Shown one piece after another: positions 1 to 10,017 of a stretch of 64,000 bases of DNA. A model generated the notes under the pieces. That model searched no databases, had not been told where the DNA came from, and saw only the letters and a program-made list of their open reading frames with translations. Position 1 is the first letter of the stretch. Each line of letters opens with the position of its first letter. The translations under genes and the position numbers were made by a program. This DNA comes from a virus (taxonomy: Duplodnaviria > Heunggongvirae > Uroviricota > Caudoviricetes): IMG/VR virus record IMGVR_UViG_3300027798_000013. One strand, given 5' to 3'.

Positions 1-27
1 GGATATGATTTAACCACGCCCGCTGGG

Positions 28-444
28 TTGAATAAATTTAAATCGTTACTACCTGACTACGATATATTCATCAATCATAGCCAATTACAAGGCAACTTAC
101 AAAGCCAACTACTCACATTGGTTAGCAAAGCATGGACACACGGACATGTTGTTAATATAGGTAGTGTTTTAGAATTTAAAAAATGGGAATTCATTGAGCC
201 TACAGCGGCCGAAGAAAAACGTAAATTGCGTAATCTTAGTTTAGAGTTAAGTAGTGAGCATTTTAAAACTACACATCTTATTGTAGGCGGTTTACAAAGT
301 TACAATAACGATCCATTACGTATACATACAGATTGTGTTGCTGAAACAATTAAATGGATATTAGAAAATAGAAACCACATACCGCTACTGTATGTGGATC
401 GTGTAAGTGACGAACTAATTAAACAGTATATTAAACAACCGTAA
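28..444 (+). CDS. hypothetical protein. The track start is a TTG, and the frame is open back to position 1, so it may be 5' partial.
   Basis: ORF track; no stop codon upstream in frame to the window edge; no recognisable motif. Confidence 0.4.
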   Translation: MNKFKSLLPDYDIFINHSQLQGNLQSQLLTLVSKAWTHGHVVNIGSVLEFKKWEFIEPTAAEEKRKLRNLSLELSSEHFKTTHLIVGGLQSYNNDPLRIHTDCVAETIKWILENRNHIPLLYVDRVSDELIKQYIKQP

Positions 445-1375
445 TAAAATCTTCAGTCAAGTGTACGCAAGCAGGCATTATTTTATCATGTTCTGCTACC
501 CAGTTGTAAGGTTTGCTCGAATCTAATGCATTGCCAATACATATGAATGGTCGAGGTATTAAATTTCCAACAGTGTACTCACCATACTTTAATTGCAATA
601 CATCTTCTATGCTTGCTACTTTCTCATCGAAGTAGTTAAAAGAATTACAAAATGCCAATTGATATCCGCGATCCAATGCAGTAAGACCTATCTTGGAATA
701 CAAACGCCCCATACGGAAATAATATGTAAGATCAAATTCTTTGGGTGGCAAGGTAATTAATAAAGGTGCATTCATTTGCGGAATATGTATATTTCCTGGT
801 TTGCCTTCGCCTTCCCAATAGATTGCCAACGAGTATATAATATCACGTACTTTGGGATCTGTGACTATTATTTTGTATCCATCGTTTTCTCTTGTAAACT
901 CATCAATCATGTTAGAAATAATTTCAACAGTTTGTGCATCTACAGGAGTATTGACATCAAACGACCGATGTGCGTGGCGCAAAGTTTCGTACTTGTCCAA
1001 GTTACTATCAGCATCTGTATTAGATACAGTGATCTGTATGCTCGTAACTGATTCTTGAACAACATAATTAATACTGTTTTCTTCAAGAAAATATGCTATA
1101 CTACCAACAGCCATGCCAGTGTGCTGCCATTCTTCAAAGCGATTAACATGGGTTGGCATGGATGTTTCATTGTCGCGTCTAGGATCAGTTATTACAAATT
1201 CATCAGTTGGAGTAAAAGTAGCTGTCACAGTGTTATCAGTCTCCGATAGCGCACAACTATAAAAAGTGCGTCCGCATCTTACTGGAGCAATATAAATGAG
1301 TTTTTTGATGACATCGATTAGTTTCATGAAGATATTTAGCGAGTAAACTTGACGATAAGTACAAGTATGAAACAT
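431..1375 (-). CDS. hypothetical protein (314 aa)
   Basis: Long ORF that converges on and abuts the neighbouring genes; the internal + strand ORFs are shadow ORFs. Confidence 0.5.
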   Translation of the reverse strand: MFHTCTYRQVYSLNIFMKLIDVIKKLIYIAPVRCGRTFYSCALSETDNTVTATFTPTDEFVITDPRRDNETSMPTHVNRFEEWQHTGMAVGSIAYFLEENSINYVVQESVTSIQITVSNTDADSNLDKYETLRHAHRSFDVNTPVDAQTVEIISNMIDEFTRENDGYKIIVTDPKVRDIIYSLAIYWEGEGKPGNIHIPQMNAPLLITLPPKEFDLTYYFRMGRLYSKIGLTALDRGYQLAFCNSFNYFDEKVASIEDVLQLKYGEYTVGNLIPRPFICIGNALDSSKPYNWVAEHDKIMPACVHLTEDFITVV

Positions 1376-2002
1376 TATTTTGTATCAGATGCTAAGTTTT
1401 TAAAACTTGCTATTCCGTTAGCTCATGAAACTATGCTTAAAGAAGCGCAGGCCCTAAAGCATAGGTTTACTAGTCATAGGGGTAGCGAAAATCATACTGG
1501 TTGGAAAAGCCTAGCACTGTATGGTCTGGGTGAAGATAAACATGAAAGCTGGCAAGATTATGATTATGAAAATGCCGAACAAGCGGCTAAAGATTTTGTG
1601 TGGACCAAGGCCGCAGAAGACTGCCCCACTATTACCAACTGGCTTAAGACCAAATTTCCATGTAGTCGTTTTGGACGGGTGCGTCTAATGCTCATAGAAG
1701 CAGGCGGCCACATAGGTCCGCATACAGATACTAAGCACAGGATACTTGAAAATATAAACATTCCATTAAGCAATCCTAGGGAGTGTATTTGGCGATGGGG
1801 AGACGGTGAAGAATTGTTTATGGAGCCCGGTGGTGTGTATGCTATGAATATTAGTTATGAACATAGCGTGTACAATAACAGTACCGAAGACAGATATCAT
1901 TTAATTGTTGCTAGGCACGATTCTACCAATGAATGGAAAGCACTAATGGAGGCGGCCGCTACAGAACCCTTTCATTACATACTACACGAAATTGCCACTT
2001 AA
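1349..2002 (+). CDS. cupin-fold putative Fe(II)/2OG oxygenase (Asp/Asn beta-hydroxylase-like)
   Basis: GGHIGPHTD (HxD) followed by a distal His (YEHSVY), in a beta-rich context. One of five related cupin ORFs in this window. Confidence 0.45.
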   Translation: MTISTSMKHYFVSDAKFLKLAIPLAHETMLKEAQALKHRFTSHRGSENHTGWKSLALYGLGEDKHESWQDYDYENAEQAAKDFVWTKAAEDCPTITNWLKTKFPCSRFGRVRLMLIEAGGHIGPHTDTKHRILENINIPLSNPRECIWRWGDGEELFMEPGGVYAMNISYEHSVYNNSTEDRYHLIVARHDSTNEWKALMEAAATEPFHYILHEIAT

Positions 2003-3420
2003 CCTAACAGCCGTGGACTAGTCCAATCTAACTCGTGCCACGGAGTTTTTGTTAGTAGATTAATATCAGTCAAATCAAAATATTTTACAGGACCATTAAA
2101 AGTTTGTGGTATAGGATAATACCCGTCTGCACTTCGACTAGTCATTATGATATTGATATTAGGGTCAACATTTTTTAATTTATTAATTAGGGCATTTTCA
2201 CACCTAACTCTATATTTCAAACTCTGGGTGGCAATATAAGGACTATGCGTAAACACATCACTTAAATTTAATAGTGTACGTAGGCCAGGCTGAATCCAAT
2301 CGAGATCATATGAGCTCATATAATCAATTAACACATAGTCAAAATTTAATTTCTTAATTTTATCCCATATCGCTGGCCAGTCCGGATGCTTGCTTAAAAA
2401 ATTATTCCATTCCACGGTTGTATATTCTATGTATTGATCGATGTCTCGGTAGATGCCATTAGGAATTATGGGCAAATGTTTCTTATAAAAGGCCGGGTAA
2501 TCTATGCCGTCCCATTCTTCGACCATTGCTCGCATAAACTGTAATGTGTTATGATTTATATCAGTAAAGATTACTTTGGTGCTATCAGTAGTACCTAATC
2601 TATGTAAGTACATGATCCAGTATACACCTATGCCAACGGTGATGTACTGCTCAACTGGGCCTTTGAACGGAATTGCTTCGTTAAACTGGTCACTATTCCA
2701 ACTAGCAAAAAAATTATTACAAAAGAACTGATTGTGATATATGCCGGCCATCATCGTAAGAAAAACATGATCATATTCATAATACAAATATTTTTTACTG
2801 TTTCTTATAGGATCGCCCAGATCTCTTATAATTTTATCATGCTCTAGTGCAGTTGATATGATGTTCCAACCGTGGCATTTCATATCATATTGTTTTTTAT
2901 TCTTTCCGGGCTTTATCCATTTTGCTACTTCGTGGTCTTCGTACAGACACTCTGTGCTTCTTAATGGTTCTGTTTGTTCATGCGTGATTGATTCTGGAGC
3001 TCCTACAAATGGGCTTCCTATAGACTTATAGTCAGATAAGTTTACAATATAAAATTGATGATGTAATTCATAATAGCCATTTCGCCATTGGCTATTTTCG
3101 TTTCTATCTAAAATATGCCCTGCTAGGAAAAACTCCTCTGCACACAGTTTTTCAATAGCTGGAAATAAATTATCATTTAGTCCCAGACTCATTCCACTAG
3201 CAATGAGCACTGCATGTTGATATCCATCAGCAGCCTTTAACAACGCATCTTCATCTTTATCTATGAATACATCGTATCCGTTGGCAATGAATCGATGTAT
3301 AAGAAAATCTGTAATATTGATAGCGACCTCTCGGGCCCAACCACTAGAATAATTGTCCGTATTATCAACAATACAACACACAATAGGATTTTTATTTTGT
3401 ACGCAGAATTTGTTTACCAT
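1999..3420 (-). CDS. hypothetical protein (473 aa), possibly with a Rossmann-like segment
   Basis: Long ORF whose stop overlaps the neighbour in ATGA style. TVGIGVYW...KVIFTDIN weakly resembles a nucleotide-binding fold. Confidence 0.45.
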   Translation of the reverse strand: MVNKFCVQNKNPIVCCIVDNTDNYSSGWAREVAINITDFLIHRFIANGYDVFIDKDEDALLKAADGYQHAVLIASGMSLGLNDNLFPAIEKLCAEEFFLAGHILDRNENSQWRNGYYELHHQFYIVNLSDYKSIGSPFVGAPESITHEQTEPLRSTECLYEDHEVAKWIKPGKNKKQYDMKCHGWNIISTALEHDKIIRDLGDPIRNSKKYLYYEYDHVFLTMMAGIYHNQFFCNNFFASWNSDQFNEAIPFKGPVEQYITVGIGVYWIMYLHRLGTTDSTKVIFTDINHNTLQFMRAMVEEWDGIDYPAFYKKHLPIIPNGIYRDIDQYIEYTTVEWNNFLSKHPDWPAIWDKIKKLNFDYVLIDYMSSYDLDWIQPGLRTLLNLSDVFTHSPYIATQSLKYRVRCENALINKLKNVDPNINIIMTSRSADGYYPIPQTFNGPVKYFDLTDINLLTKTPWHELDWTSPRLLG

Positions 3421-3962
3421 CTTGTGTATCTTTCCAAATCTTGTAAGAACTTCTCAGGGTAGATTTGCCACACTGTTTGAGCATGTCCTCTATAGTCCAA
3501 TAAACACTTGAATTTAATCAGTCCTAATTTTTCTAATGTGGGAAAATAGTGCTCATGCACAAGCCGTTGACTAGCAACTTTGCTTGTATTGCTGGTGGCA
3601 TAAACATCGCCTTTTGTCCACTCTAAACAAACTGGTAATAAAAACTGGCTTGTTAAGTTTTGATGTTGGGCTATGGCAGTAGTGCGGGTCATCAATCCAC
3701 CATTACTTCTAGCACCTTCTAACACACAAGTTCGTGCCAACACCCTATAGCTGTTAACTCCCATCTCGAGAAAACTGTGTGCGGCCGCACTACCGATAGC
3801 TTTATCATCTTTGTATAATATCCATGCTGATTTTTCTTTTTCGTTATCAAAACAATCAATCATAGATTTTTGACTAGCATTGTTAACAAAGCCCTTAGCT
3901 TCCGCAGTTGTGTAAAACTCAGTTAACTCTAACTCAGGTGTCCACGGAATTACTTTATACAT
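3414..3962 (-). CDS. hypothetical protein
   Basis: ORF track; overlaps its neighbours by a few nucleotides. Confidence 0.45.
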   Translation of the reverse strand: MYKVIPWTPELELTEFYTTAEAKGFVNNASQKSMIDCFDNEKEKSAWILYKDDKAIGSAAAHSFLEMGVNSYRVLARTCVLEGARSNGGLMTRTTAIAQHQNLTSQFLLPVCLEWTKGDVYATSNTSKVASQRLVHEHYFPTLEKLGLIKFKCLLDYRGHAQTVWQIYPEKFLQDLERYTRW

Positions 3963-4651
3963 TTGGCCTTCTCTATAAAATCCCTTGGGTACATGTTGCT
4001 AAAACTTTGCCAGCACAATTCATTTAACAATTCAAAGGGCTGTGGCTTATCCCATTCAATACCCAACGATGTGATATGTTTTTTTAATTCGTCCTGTCTA
4101 GTTGAATAAATGTGGCTTTCAACATCTTTAATGCTTATGTTGTTTTCGTTGTCTCGATAGGTAAAGAAATAATTAATACTTTTTAATTTGCCACCCACAA
4201 TGAAATAACTGCTAGGATGCATACTGTACTTCCACAATCCTAAACTCCTATGTGCTTTGATAATGTTAAGCATTTGTTCCTGCCAATCCGGAAGTACTTC
4301 GTCAAATGTGCAGTTACCATCTAAACTTTGTTGCCAAAAATCAGGGCCGTCAATTTCTAAATATAACTTGCGAGATGCTAGATCTATGTTTATAATGGTA
4401 GGAACCAAATCAGGATACACATTACGCATTTGTGTAATATAGTTTACTTCTCTTAACCACTTCTCTTCCATTTTAGCAGGATCGACTACTTGATTTTTGC
4501 CTGCATGATATTCGCTGTCATTATGATACCATTGTACGAATGTTTTTTTATCATCGCTTATAAGACTAGTGTAGATTAAATTATTACGCCAAGGTTCTTG
4601 GCCAGGAATTTGGTTAAAGTAATAATTTAGTGCCATGCTATAATTTATCAT
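3950..4651 (-). CDS. hypothetical protein, paralog family A (member 1 of 2)
   Basis: Shares a block with ORF 10560..11237 (PDWQEQMLNI vs PTWQEQIYQM, followed by a hydrophobic Y/F-rich segment). Confidence 0.5.
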   Translation of the reverse strand: MINYSMALNYYFNQIPGQEPWRNNLIYTSLISDDKKTFVQWYHNDSEYHAGKNQVVDPAKMEEKWLREVNYITQMRNVYPDLVPTIINIDLASRKLYLEIDGPDFWQQSLDGNCTFDEVLPDWQEQMLNIIKAHRSLGLWKYSMHPSSYFIVGGKLKSINYFFTYRDNENNISIKDVESHIYSTRQDELKKHITSLGIEWDKPQPFELLNELCWQSFSNMYPRDFIEKAKCIK

Positions 4652-4656
4652 AAATA

Positions 4657-5706
4657 TTGCCTATGCAGAAAATAACTGATACTATGTCATTATGCGAGCA
4701 TTGTTATAGACACGTGCCTGCTGTTAAGTTTGAAAAAGATGGGGCAATTTGGCTAGGCAAGACTTGCCCTAAACACGGATACTTGGAACACTTGGTAGAG
4801 CCAGATGCAGACTTTTATCTAGATTACAATTATCCAAAACACCCATTAACGTCTTATTTCATCGAAGTCACCAATCGTTGTAATTTAACGTGTCCACACT
4901 GTTATCAGTTACCAGACAACAAAAGTGTAGATTTACCAATTGATTATATTGTACAACAAGTGTCCAGCTGGCCAGACGATGGCTATTGTGTATCGTTAGC
5001 TGGAGCTGAACCTACTGTACGAAAAGACTTGGATCAGTTAATTCGAGCAATCAAAGCTATTCCCGGCAAGCCAAGAAGTATTATTGTGTTGACAAATGGT
5101 GTTAATTTGTCTAAAATAGAGTATGCAGAAAAGTTTAAAGACATTGAAGATTTGCATTGGACTATAGGATTGAATCATCCGGATTATCAAGGGCATACTG
5201 TTCGTGCTAAACAGATTCAGGGAATAGAAAATTGTGTCAAGCTAGGATTTAGCATTAAGAATATCAGTTACACGCTAGAAGATTTAGAGCAACTAGAATA
5301 CTGCTTGGACGAAATACACAAATTTTATCCAGATACTTGCAAGCAATTCAGGATCCGAGTTGGCGTTGATATTGGGCGTAATCCAGAAGGCCCGCCTGTA
5401 TACCTCAGTCAGTTGGTCGATGCTACAAAAGATATAGCATTGAAACGCAACTGGACATACAGGGAAAATCAGGACACTGGGATTCGAGCACATTTTCCGA
5501 TATATATTAATAACATATATCTTAAATTAATACAGTGGCCCGATGCTACTACTATTGATATGGATGAGATGCAAACAGAAACCTGGGCTGATTTATTGCC
5601 AGGCAAACCAATTAGTCCTTTAATACACCAAGTTATGTTACGGGATGCAAGTGTCAACAACGGTATGATGTTATACGATGTTGTACCTGAAAGATATAGG
5701 AGATAA
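4657..5706 (+). CDS. radical SAM enzyme with an N-terminal CxxC...CxxH ribbon-like segment
   Basis: CNLTCPHCYQ (CxxxCxxC) about 80 aa in. Upstream are CEHCYRH...CPKHGY, downstream GAEPT and TNG-like motifs. Confidence 0.75.
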   Translation: MPMQKITDTMSLCEHCYRHVPAVKFEKDGAIWLGKTCPKHGYLEHLVEPDADFYLDYNYPKHPLTSYFIEVTNRCNLTCPHCYQLPDNKSVDLPIDYIVQQVSSWPDDGYCVSLAGAEPTVRKDLDQLIRAIKAIPGKPRSIIVLTNGVNLSKIEYAEKFKDIEDLHWTIGLNHPDYQGHTVRAKQIQGIENCVKLGFSIKNISYTLEDLEQLEYCLDEIHKFYPDTCKQFRIRVGVDIGRNPEGPPVYLSQLVDATKDIALKRNWTYRENQDTGIRAHFPIYINNIYLKLIQWPDATTIDMDEMQTETWADLLPGKPISPLIHQVMLRDASVNNGMMLYDVVPERYRR

Positions 5707-5707
5707 A

Positions 5708-6775
5708 ATGAAAATTAGCAAAATACCAGGACTGGGAAGATTTGGAATCTTTATCGATGATGTAGATTTTACCACCATTACCGACGAGGAGTGGATGGAG
5801 ATTGGAAAACTACATTTACAAAATTTAGTCACGATCATACGTGACTGTAAATTAACTTGGGACAAGCAAACTGATTTTTGCACACAGTTTGGCGATACTA
5901 GATACGGTGTTAGATACCTAATACTTAAGAAATATCCAGGCAAAACATTTACACAGATAGCAAGGTTAGCCATGCAAGATGATCCCAGTGTGGATGAGAT
6001 TGATCGTATTAGATTAAAAAGCATATTCAATATGCAAGAACTTACAGCTGACGGAAAACACGTTATGCGAGTCACTGGCAAGAAGGACGAAAACGGTAAC
6101 GCTTTAGGCATGTTTGCAGAAGGTGAGTTATTGTGGCACAGCAACGAAAGCGGCACATTAACATTTACACCGGGCGTAGCATTGTTAGGAGCTGAGAATA
6201 TGATTGGTTCCAGCACTGGATTTTTGACTACACCGGACTACTATGAAAACGTGAGTAATGCGTTTCGTAGTGAGTTGGATGAGATGATCCTAGTACATAG
6301 ATTTACTCCTGGACGTATTAATCCAGGATTGCGTGTGGAGCAAGACGAAGTAATGCATGCCAACATGTGTCCCGAAGATGATATGGAAATACCTATGGTT
6401 ATTACTAGTCCGGGCGGTATTAAAGGTCTACACTATAGTACCAACACAATACACAATATCAAAGGACTTAGTAAAGAAGCCAGCGATGAGATCTTTAAAG
6501 TTATCAATTCAGAATTGTTTGTGGAAAAATACACATATGATCACTGGTACAAAAGCAATAACGATTTTTGTCTTTTTGACAACAGTATTACACTGCACCG
6601 CAGACTAGGCGACATTAAAGACAGACTGTGCTATCGTGTACAACATGATTATAGTAATTTGCAGGACGGATTTTGGCAACCATATTTGCACGAACCAACT
6701 GCTAAAAGATACGAAGAAGAAATCAAATATTATGTTGATCTAGCAAACATTAAGGACTTTAAGTTACCAGCATGA
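5708..6775 (+). CDS. TauD/TfdA-like putative Fe(II)/2OG dioxygenase
   Basis: N-terminal LGRFGIFIDDVDFTTITDEEWMEIGKLHLQNLVTIIRDC...FGD pattern typical of TauD-family N-termini, then WHSNESG. AGGAG sits 7 nt before the ATG at 5708. The track's upstream start overlaps the previous gene. Confidence 0.5.
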   Translation: MKISKIPGLGRFGIFIDDVDFTTITDEEWMEIGKLHLQNLVTIIRDCKLTWDKQTDFCTQFGDTRYGVRYLILKKYPGKTFTQIARLAMQDDPSVDEIDRIRLKSIFNMQELTADGKHVMRVTGKKDENGNALGMFAEGELLWHSNESGTLTFTPGVALLGAENMIGSSTGFLTTPDYYENVSNAFRSELDEMILVHRFTPGRINPGLRVEQDEVMHANMCPEDDMEIPMVITSPGGIKGLHYSTNTIHNIKGLSKEASDEIFKVINSELFVEKYTYDHWYKSNNDFCLFDNSITLHRRLGDIKDRLCYRVQHDYSNLQDGFWQPYLHEPTAKRYEEEIKYYVDLANIKDFKLPA

Positions 6776-7560
6776 GATCCTTTATTACATCAATAATGTT
6801 ACTTGGCGGAGTGATAGCACTATTCAATATCGAATGGTACTGGCTAGTGTTGGCATTGGTTTATACAACAGTGCTTAACGATGTGTTTTGCCATCGCATT
6901 TGCAGTCACGGCATGTTTGAAATTGATACCAAATCAATCACATATAAGATTATGACTTTTCTTGCAAGTGCTGACATGGGTTACGGGCCAGTCAAATGGA
7001 TTGTGATGTCACACAGTTTGCATCATATACACAGCGACAATGGTCCTGAGGACGTTATGAACTGGCGCTACCATTGGTACAGCACCACTATCGTTAGCCC
7101 GTGGCCTCGTAAGGATGTAAAGCCTGCTGACTACGATGACTATTCTAAAAAACAATGGAAGAAGCATGAAGAAATAATGAGAGACCCATGGACTACTTGG
7201 TGCTGTGATAACCAAGTTGCTATTTCTATTGGAACGTTTTTAATTTTAGCCATAGTTTTTCCGTTAGTATTGCTTAATGTAATATTTGTAGGTAGAGTTT
7301 TGCTGAGCGTCATGACTGGGCTTGCAGGATTTGTTGGGCATATTAAAAATGTTCCGGCAAGCTATAGAAATTTTAACACCAACGATACAACATCAAACAA
7401 TATTTTATTACATTATTTGTTCCTAGGAATGTTTGCTGGAATGTTACAAAACAATCATCACGGCCAGCCTAGGTCAGTTCGTCCCAATGCCAAATGGTGG
7501 GAGTTAGATACAAGTTTGCCTTTTGTATTAACATTAAAATATGCCATGGAAAAGAAATGA
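6772..7560 (+). CDS. membrane di-iron desaturase/hydroxylase-like protein
   Basis: Multiple hydrophobic segments. His boxes HRICSHG, HSLHHIHSD and NHHGQP, as in fatty-acid desaturase/hydroxylase family enzymes. Confidence 0.55.
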   Translation: MRSFITSIMLLGGVIALFNIEWYWLVLALVYTTVLNDVFCHRICSHGMFEIDTKSITYKIMTFLASADMGYGPVKWIVMSHSLHHIHSDNGPEDVMNWRYHWYSTTIVSPWPRKDVKPADYDDYSKKQWKKHEEIMRDPWTTWCCDNQVAISIGTFLILAIVFPLVLLNVIFVGRVLLSVMTGLAGFVGHIKNVPASYRNFNTNDTTSNNILLHYLFLGMFAGMLQNNHHGQPRSVRPNAKWWELDTSLPFVLTLKYAMEKK

Positions 7561-8360
7561 TCAAAGGTATCAACAATCTTCCATACTTGGACATGTCTCC
7601 TTATTTGGATATGGATCAGTTTGATAAACTACAGCCTGAGATATTAACAGGTTTTGCACTAGCACGTGAGTATGCTAAAGAAGGTACTTGGATGAAACCA
7701 GGTTTTACTTTTGATGATATGAGTTACCGACTTAGTTGGAAACCTATCTATCAGGCGATGGATGAGTTCATGCAACTGCCAAAAGATGAACCTATATATC
7801 AAGCTGGCATAAAATTAATGCCAACAGATTTTAAAAACTTTCAACAACGCAATAAATTTACACGATTCCTAAAAATGGCTATGAATGCTTACGATCCTTA
7901 CATTTATTATTACCTGTGGGAAGAAGGGTCGTGGGACGATAGAACAGCACCACGTACACTTACTCCTGAAGCAGAATACTTTCCTCATACAGTTAAATGG
8001 GTTGAGAGTTTAGTAGGCACTGTGTTCCAAGATATCGGCCGTGTTATATTCTTTCACTGTGAAGCAGATGGTATTCCTTTTGAACATAGAGATTTAGATG
8101 CTGAGAATGGTGTCAACGTTGTTAAACCACACCGCAACGAGTTTATACACATACGCCCCAACACTAAAAAAGCAATGTATTTGTGGGATCCGGAAACAAA
8201 GGACAAAACATACTTAAATACTAGAGCGGCTTGGTGGAATGATCAAGACTGGCACGGCGGAGAACGTATTATGGAACAAAGTTATAGCTTGCGTGTTGAC
8301 GGCAAGTTTACAGACGAGTTTCGTAAAACTTTAGGTATCGACCATTTGGAGAGTTACTAA
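7557..8360 (+). CDS. hypothetical protein
   Basis: ORF track. The start is moved to the ATG that overlaps the upstream stop (ATGA). Confidence 0.45.
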   Translation: MIKGINNLPYLDMSPYLDMDQFDKLQPEILTGFALAREYAKEGTWMKPGFTFDDMSYRLSWKPIYQAMDEFMQLPKDEPIYQAGIKLMPTDFKNFQQRNKFTRFLKMAMNAYDPYIYYYLWEEGSWDDRTAPRTLTPEAEYFPHTVKWVESLVGTVFQDIGRVIFFHCEADGIPFEHRDLDAENGVNVVKPHRNEFIHIRPNTKKAMYLWDPETKDKTYLNTRAAWWNDQDWHGGERIMEQSYSLRVDGKFTDEFRKTLGIDHLESY

Positions 8361-8914
8361 TGAAACTACTAGGAAATTATGCACACTGGATCAAACAAGA
8401 GTGGATTGATCACATATTAACCAACGATGGATGGGGATTACCAAGAGCATGGGGCAATGATCAAAAAAGTCGTGTTGAGGGTATGATTAGATTATGTGGC
8501 ATGAACGCTTGCGAACGAGCATTGGCCGCAGGATATGATTTCAGCCAAGTCAAGTATCACGTGTATAACAAATCAACTTCCCCATTCGATTTAAAATTTA
8601 CAGATGACGAAGATGACGTCGAATGGAGATTTGTTAAATTAAAACCTGGGGATGTTATGCCTATGCATTTAGACAGCGATATTCCCAATTACACTTGTAG
8701 GAAATATTGGATGCCGTTACAGGATTCTGATATAGGCCATGTGTTTATATGGAAAGACACTGCTATGCTAAATTGGAAGAAAGGAGACCTATTTCAATTT
8801 GATGATGCTAACGAATGGCACGGTGCAACTAATATCGGTTTTACTCCTAGGATTATACTCAACATAAATGTATGGAATCCTGATTTGGATATAATTGAAA
8901 ATGGAATTAATTAA
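8360..8914 (+). CDS. cupin-fold putative oxygenase, paralog
   Basis: MPMHLDSD...EWHGATN. The whole length is similar to the next ORF. Confidence 0.5.
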   Translation: MKLLGNYAHWIKQEWIDHILTNDGWGLPRAWGNDQKSRVEGMIRLCGMNACERALAAGYDFSQVKYHVYNKSTSPFDLKFTDDEDDVEWRFVKLKPGDVMPMHLDSDIPNYTCRKYWMPLQDSDIGHVFIWKDTAMLNWKKGDLFQFDDANEWHGATNIGFTPRIILNINVWNPDLDIIENGIN

Positions 8915-9422
8915 AAATTACGCAAGTTGGATAACTCCTGAGTTTTTAGAGTTTATACATACACACAATGGCGACACAGTACCAGTATGGCAACCTGACA
9001 AGTGGAAGGGACACCCTATGTTAGACGAAGCTAGGGAAAAAACTCGTACAGGATACGCACATCGTAATCATGACTTCCAACAATTTAATCCGTCGACTAA
9101 AGATATGAAACATTATGATCTTCAGATACCTATCATTCCCGAGGACGACAGAGCGCAACTGTGGTGGATTATTAAATTATTCCCAGGGCAAATGCAACCC
9201 ATGCATTTTGATCCGCATTTGTTAGGATGCGTTAATCCAAAACGCTATACTATGTTTTTGCAAGATTGGCAACCGGGACATGTCTTTACCTGGAATGACC
9301 AATACATATCTAATTATAAAGCCGGAGATTTATTCCAATGGTACGACCCTATGATGTATCACGGTGTTGTAAATATCGGCCACGAGATTAGATATACTTT
9401 ACAGATTACAACACACGATTAA
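8901..9422 (+). CDS. cupin-fold putative oxygenase, paralog
   Basis: QPMHFDPH...MYHGVVN. Its N-terminus MELIKNYASWITPEF parallels MKLLGNYAHWIKQEW of the preceding ORF. The true ATG is at 8901; the track began at a TTG. Confidence 0.5.
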   Translation: MELIKNYASWITPEFLEFIHTHNGDTVPVWQPDKWKGHPMLDEAREKTRTGYAHRNHDFQQFNPSTKDMKHYDLQIPIIPEDDRAQLWWIIKLFPGQMQPMHFDPHLLGCVNPKRYTMFLQDWQPGHVFTWNDQYISNYKAGDLFQWYDPMMYHGVVNIGHEIRYTLQITTHD

Positions 9423-9423
9423 C

Positions 9424-10017
9424 ATGTCTGCTTACATAACCGGCGAACATAATTTAACATTCCTCCACATACCCAAAACAGCAGGTACTAGTATACTTGA
9501 TTGGTTGCGTACTAATAAAGGCGATAGTAATATCGTCGAATGGGAAACCCATCCTAAACATTCAGAATTACCGCAGGGAAACACTTCTTTTGCTATTGTA
9601 AGGAATCCGTGGGATAGAATGGTCAGTGCTTATCATTATTTAAAAAACATATCACTACCAGAAGGTAGCAGTTGGCTTGCACTTAATAATATTTCGCAGG
9701 ATAATTTTCCTAACTTTGATGAATGGATTAATAATCTAGCAAACTATAAAAATCCAGATGTATATTGGTTTAGGCCTGAAACACAGCAAATAGAATGGCT
9801 GGATCGGCCAGTAGATATAATTTTAAGATTTGAAAATTTAGCAGAGGAGTTCAGACGGATACAACATCATTATGGATGTTTCGATCCGTTGCCATTATTA
9901 TACGCTACCAAACACGAATCCTATAAAAATTACTACACAGAAAAAACTAAATCGATTGTTGCAAAATTTTCGCAACGTGACATAGATACTTTCAAATATA
10001 GTTTTAATATCCAATAA
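9424..10017 (+). CDS. PAPS-dependent sulfotransferase family protein
   Basis: FLHIPKTAGTSILDWL (5'-PSB-like) and RNPWDRMVSAYHY (3'-PB-like) motifs. Confidence 0.65.
   Translation: MSAYITGEHNLTFLHIPKTAGTSILDWLRTNKGDSNIVEWETHPKHSELPQGNTSFAIVRNPWDRMVSAYHYLKNISLPEGSSWLALNNISQDNFPNFDEWINNLANYKNPDVYWFRPETQQIEWLDRPVDIILRFENLAEEFRRIQHHYGCFDPLPLLYATKHESYKNYYTEKTKSIVAKFSQRDIDTFKYSFNIQ

Noticed and set aside
776-1249. Three + strand ORFs (91, 68 and 64 aa) nested inside the 431-1375 minus-strand gene
   Set aside because: They lie entirely antisense to a longer ORF, have low-complexity compositions and no RBS. Shadow ORFs.
4657-5706. Possibility that the rSAM at 4657 is QueE, given the PTPS/QueD-like gene at 49304
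   Set aside because: It is larger than typical QueE and carries an N-terminal CxxC ribbon. The QueD-like gene is 45 kb away, and no QueC, FolE or DpdA-like gene is visible in the window. The two are not linked here.
5671-6216. 181-aa minus-strand ORF antisense to the TauD-like gene
   Set aside because: It is fully contained in the longer + strand gene that carries recognisable family motifs. Its composition (S/L/I/C-rich) is typical of antisense translation.
28-8901. Several ORF-track start coordinates (TTG at 28, TTG at 8895, 5678, 7494, 14858, 43868, 51833)
   Set aside because: The track appears to take the longest ORF including alternative starts, and several of these overlap upstream genes by 30-80 nt. 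Starts were moved to ATGs that overlap the upstream stop (ATGA or TAATG) or follow an AGGAG site, where paralog N-termini supported the change.
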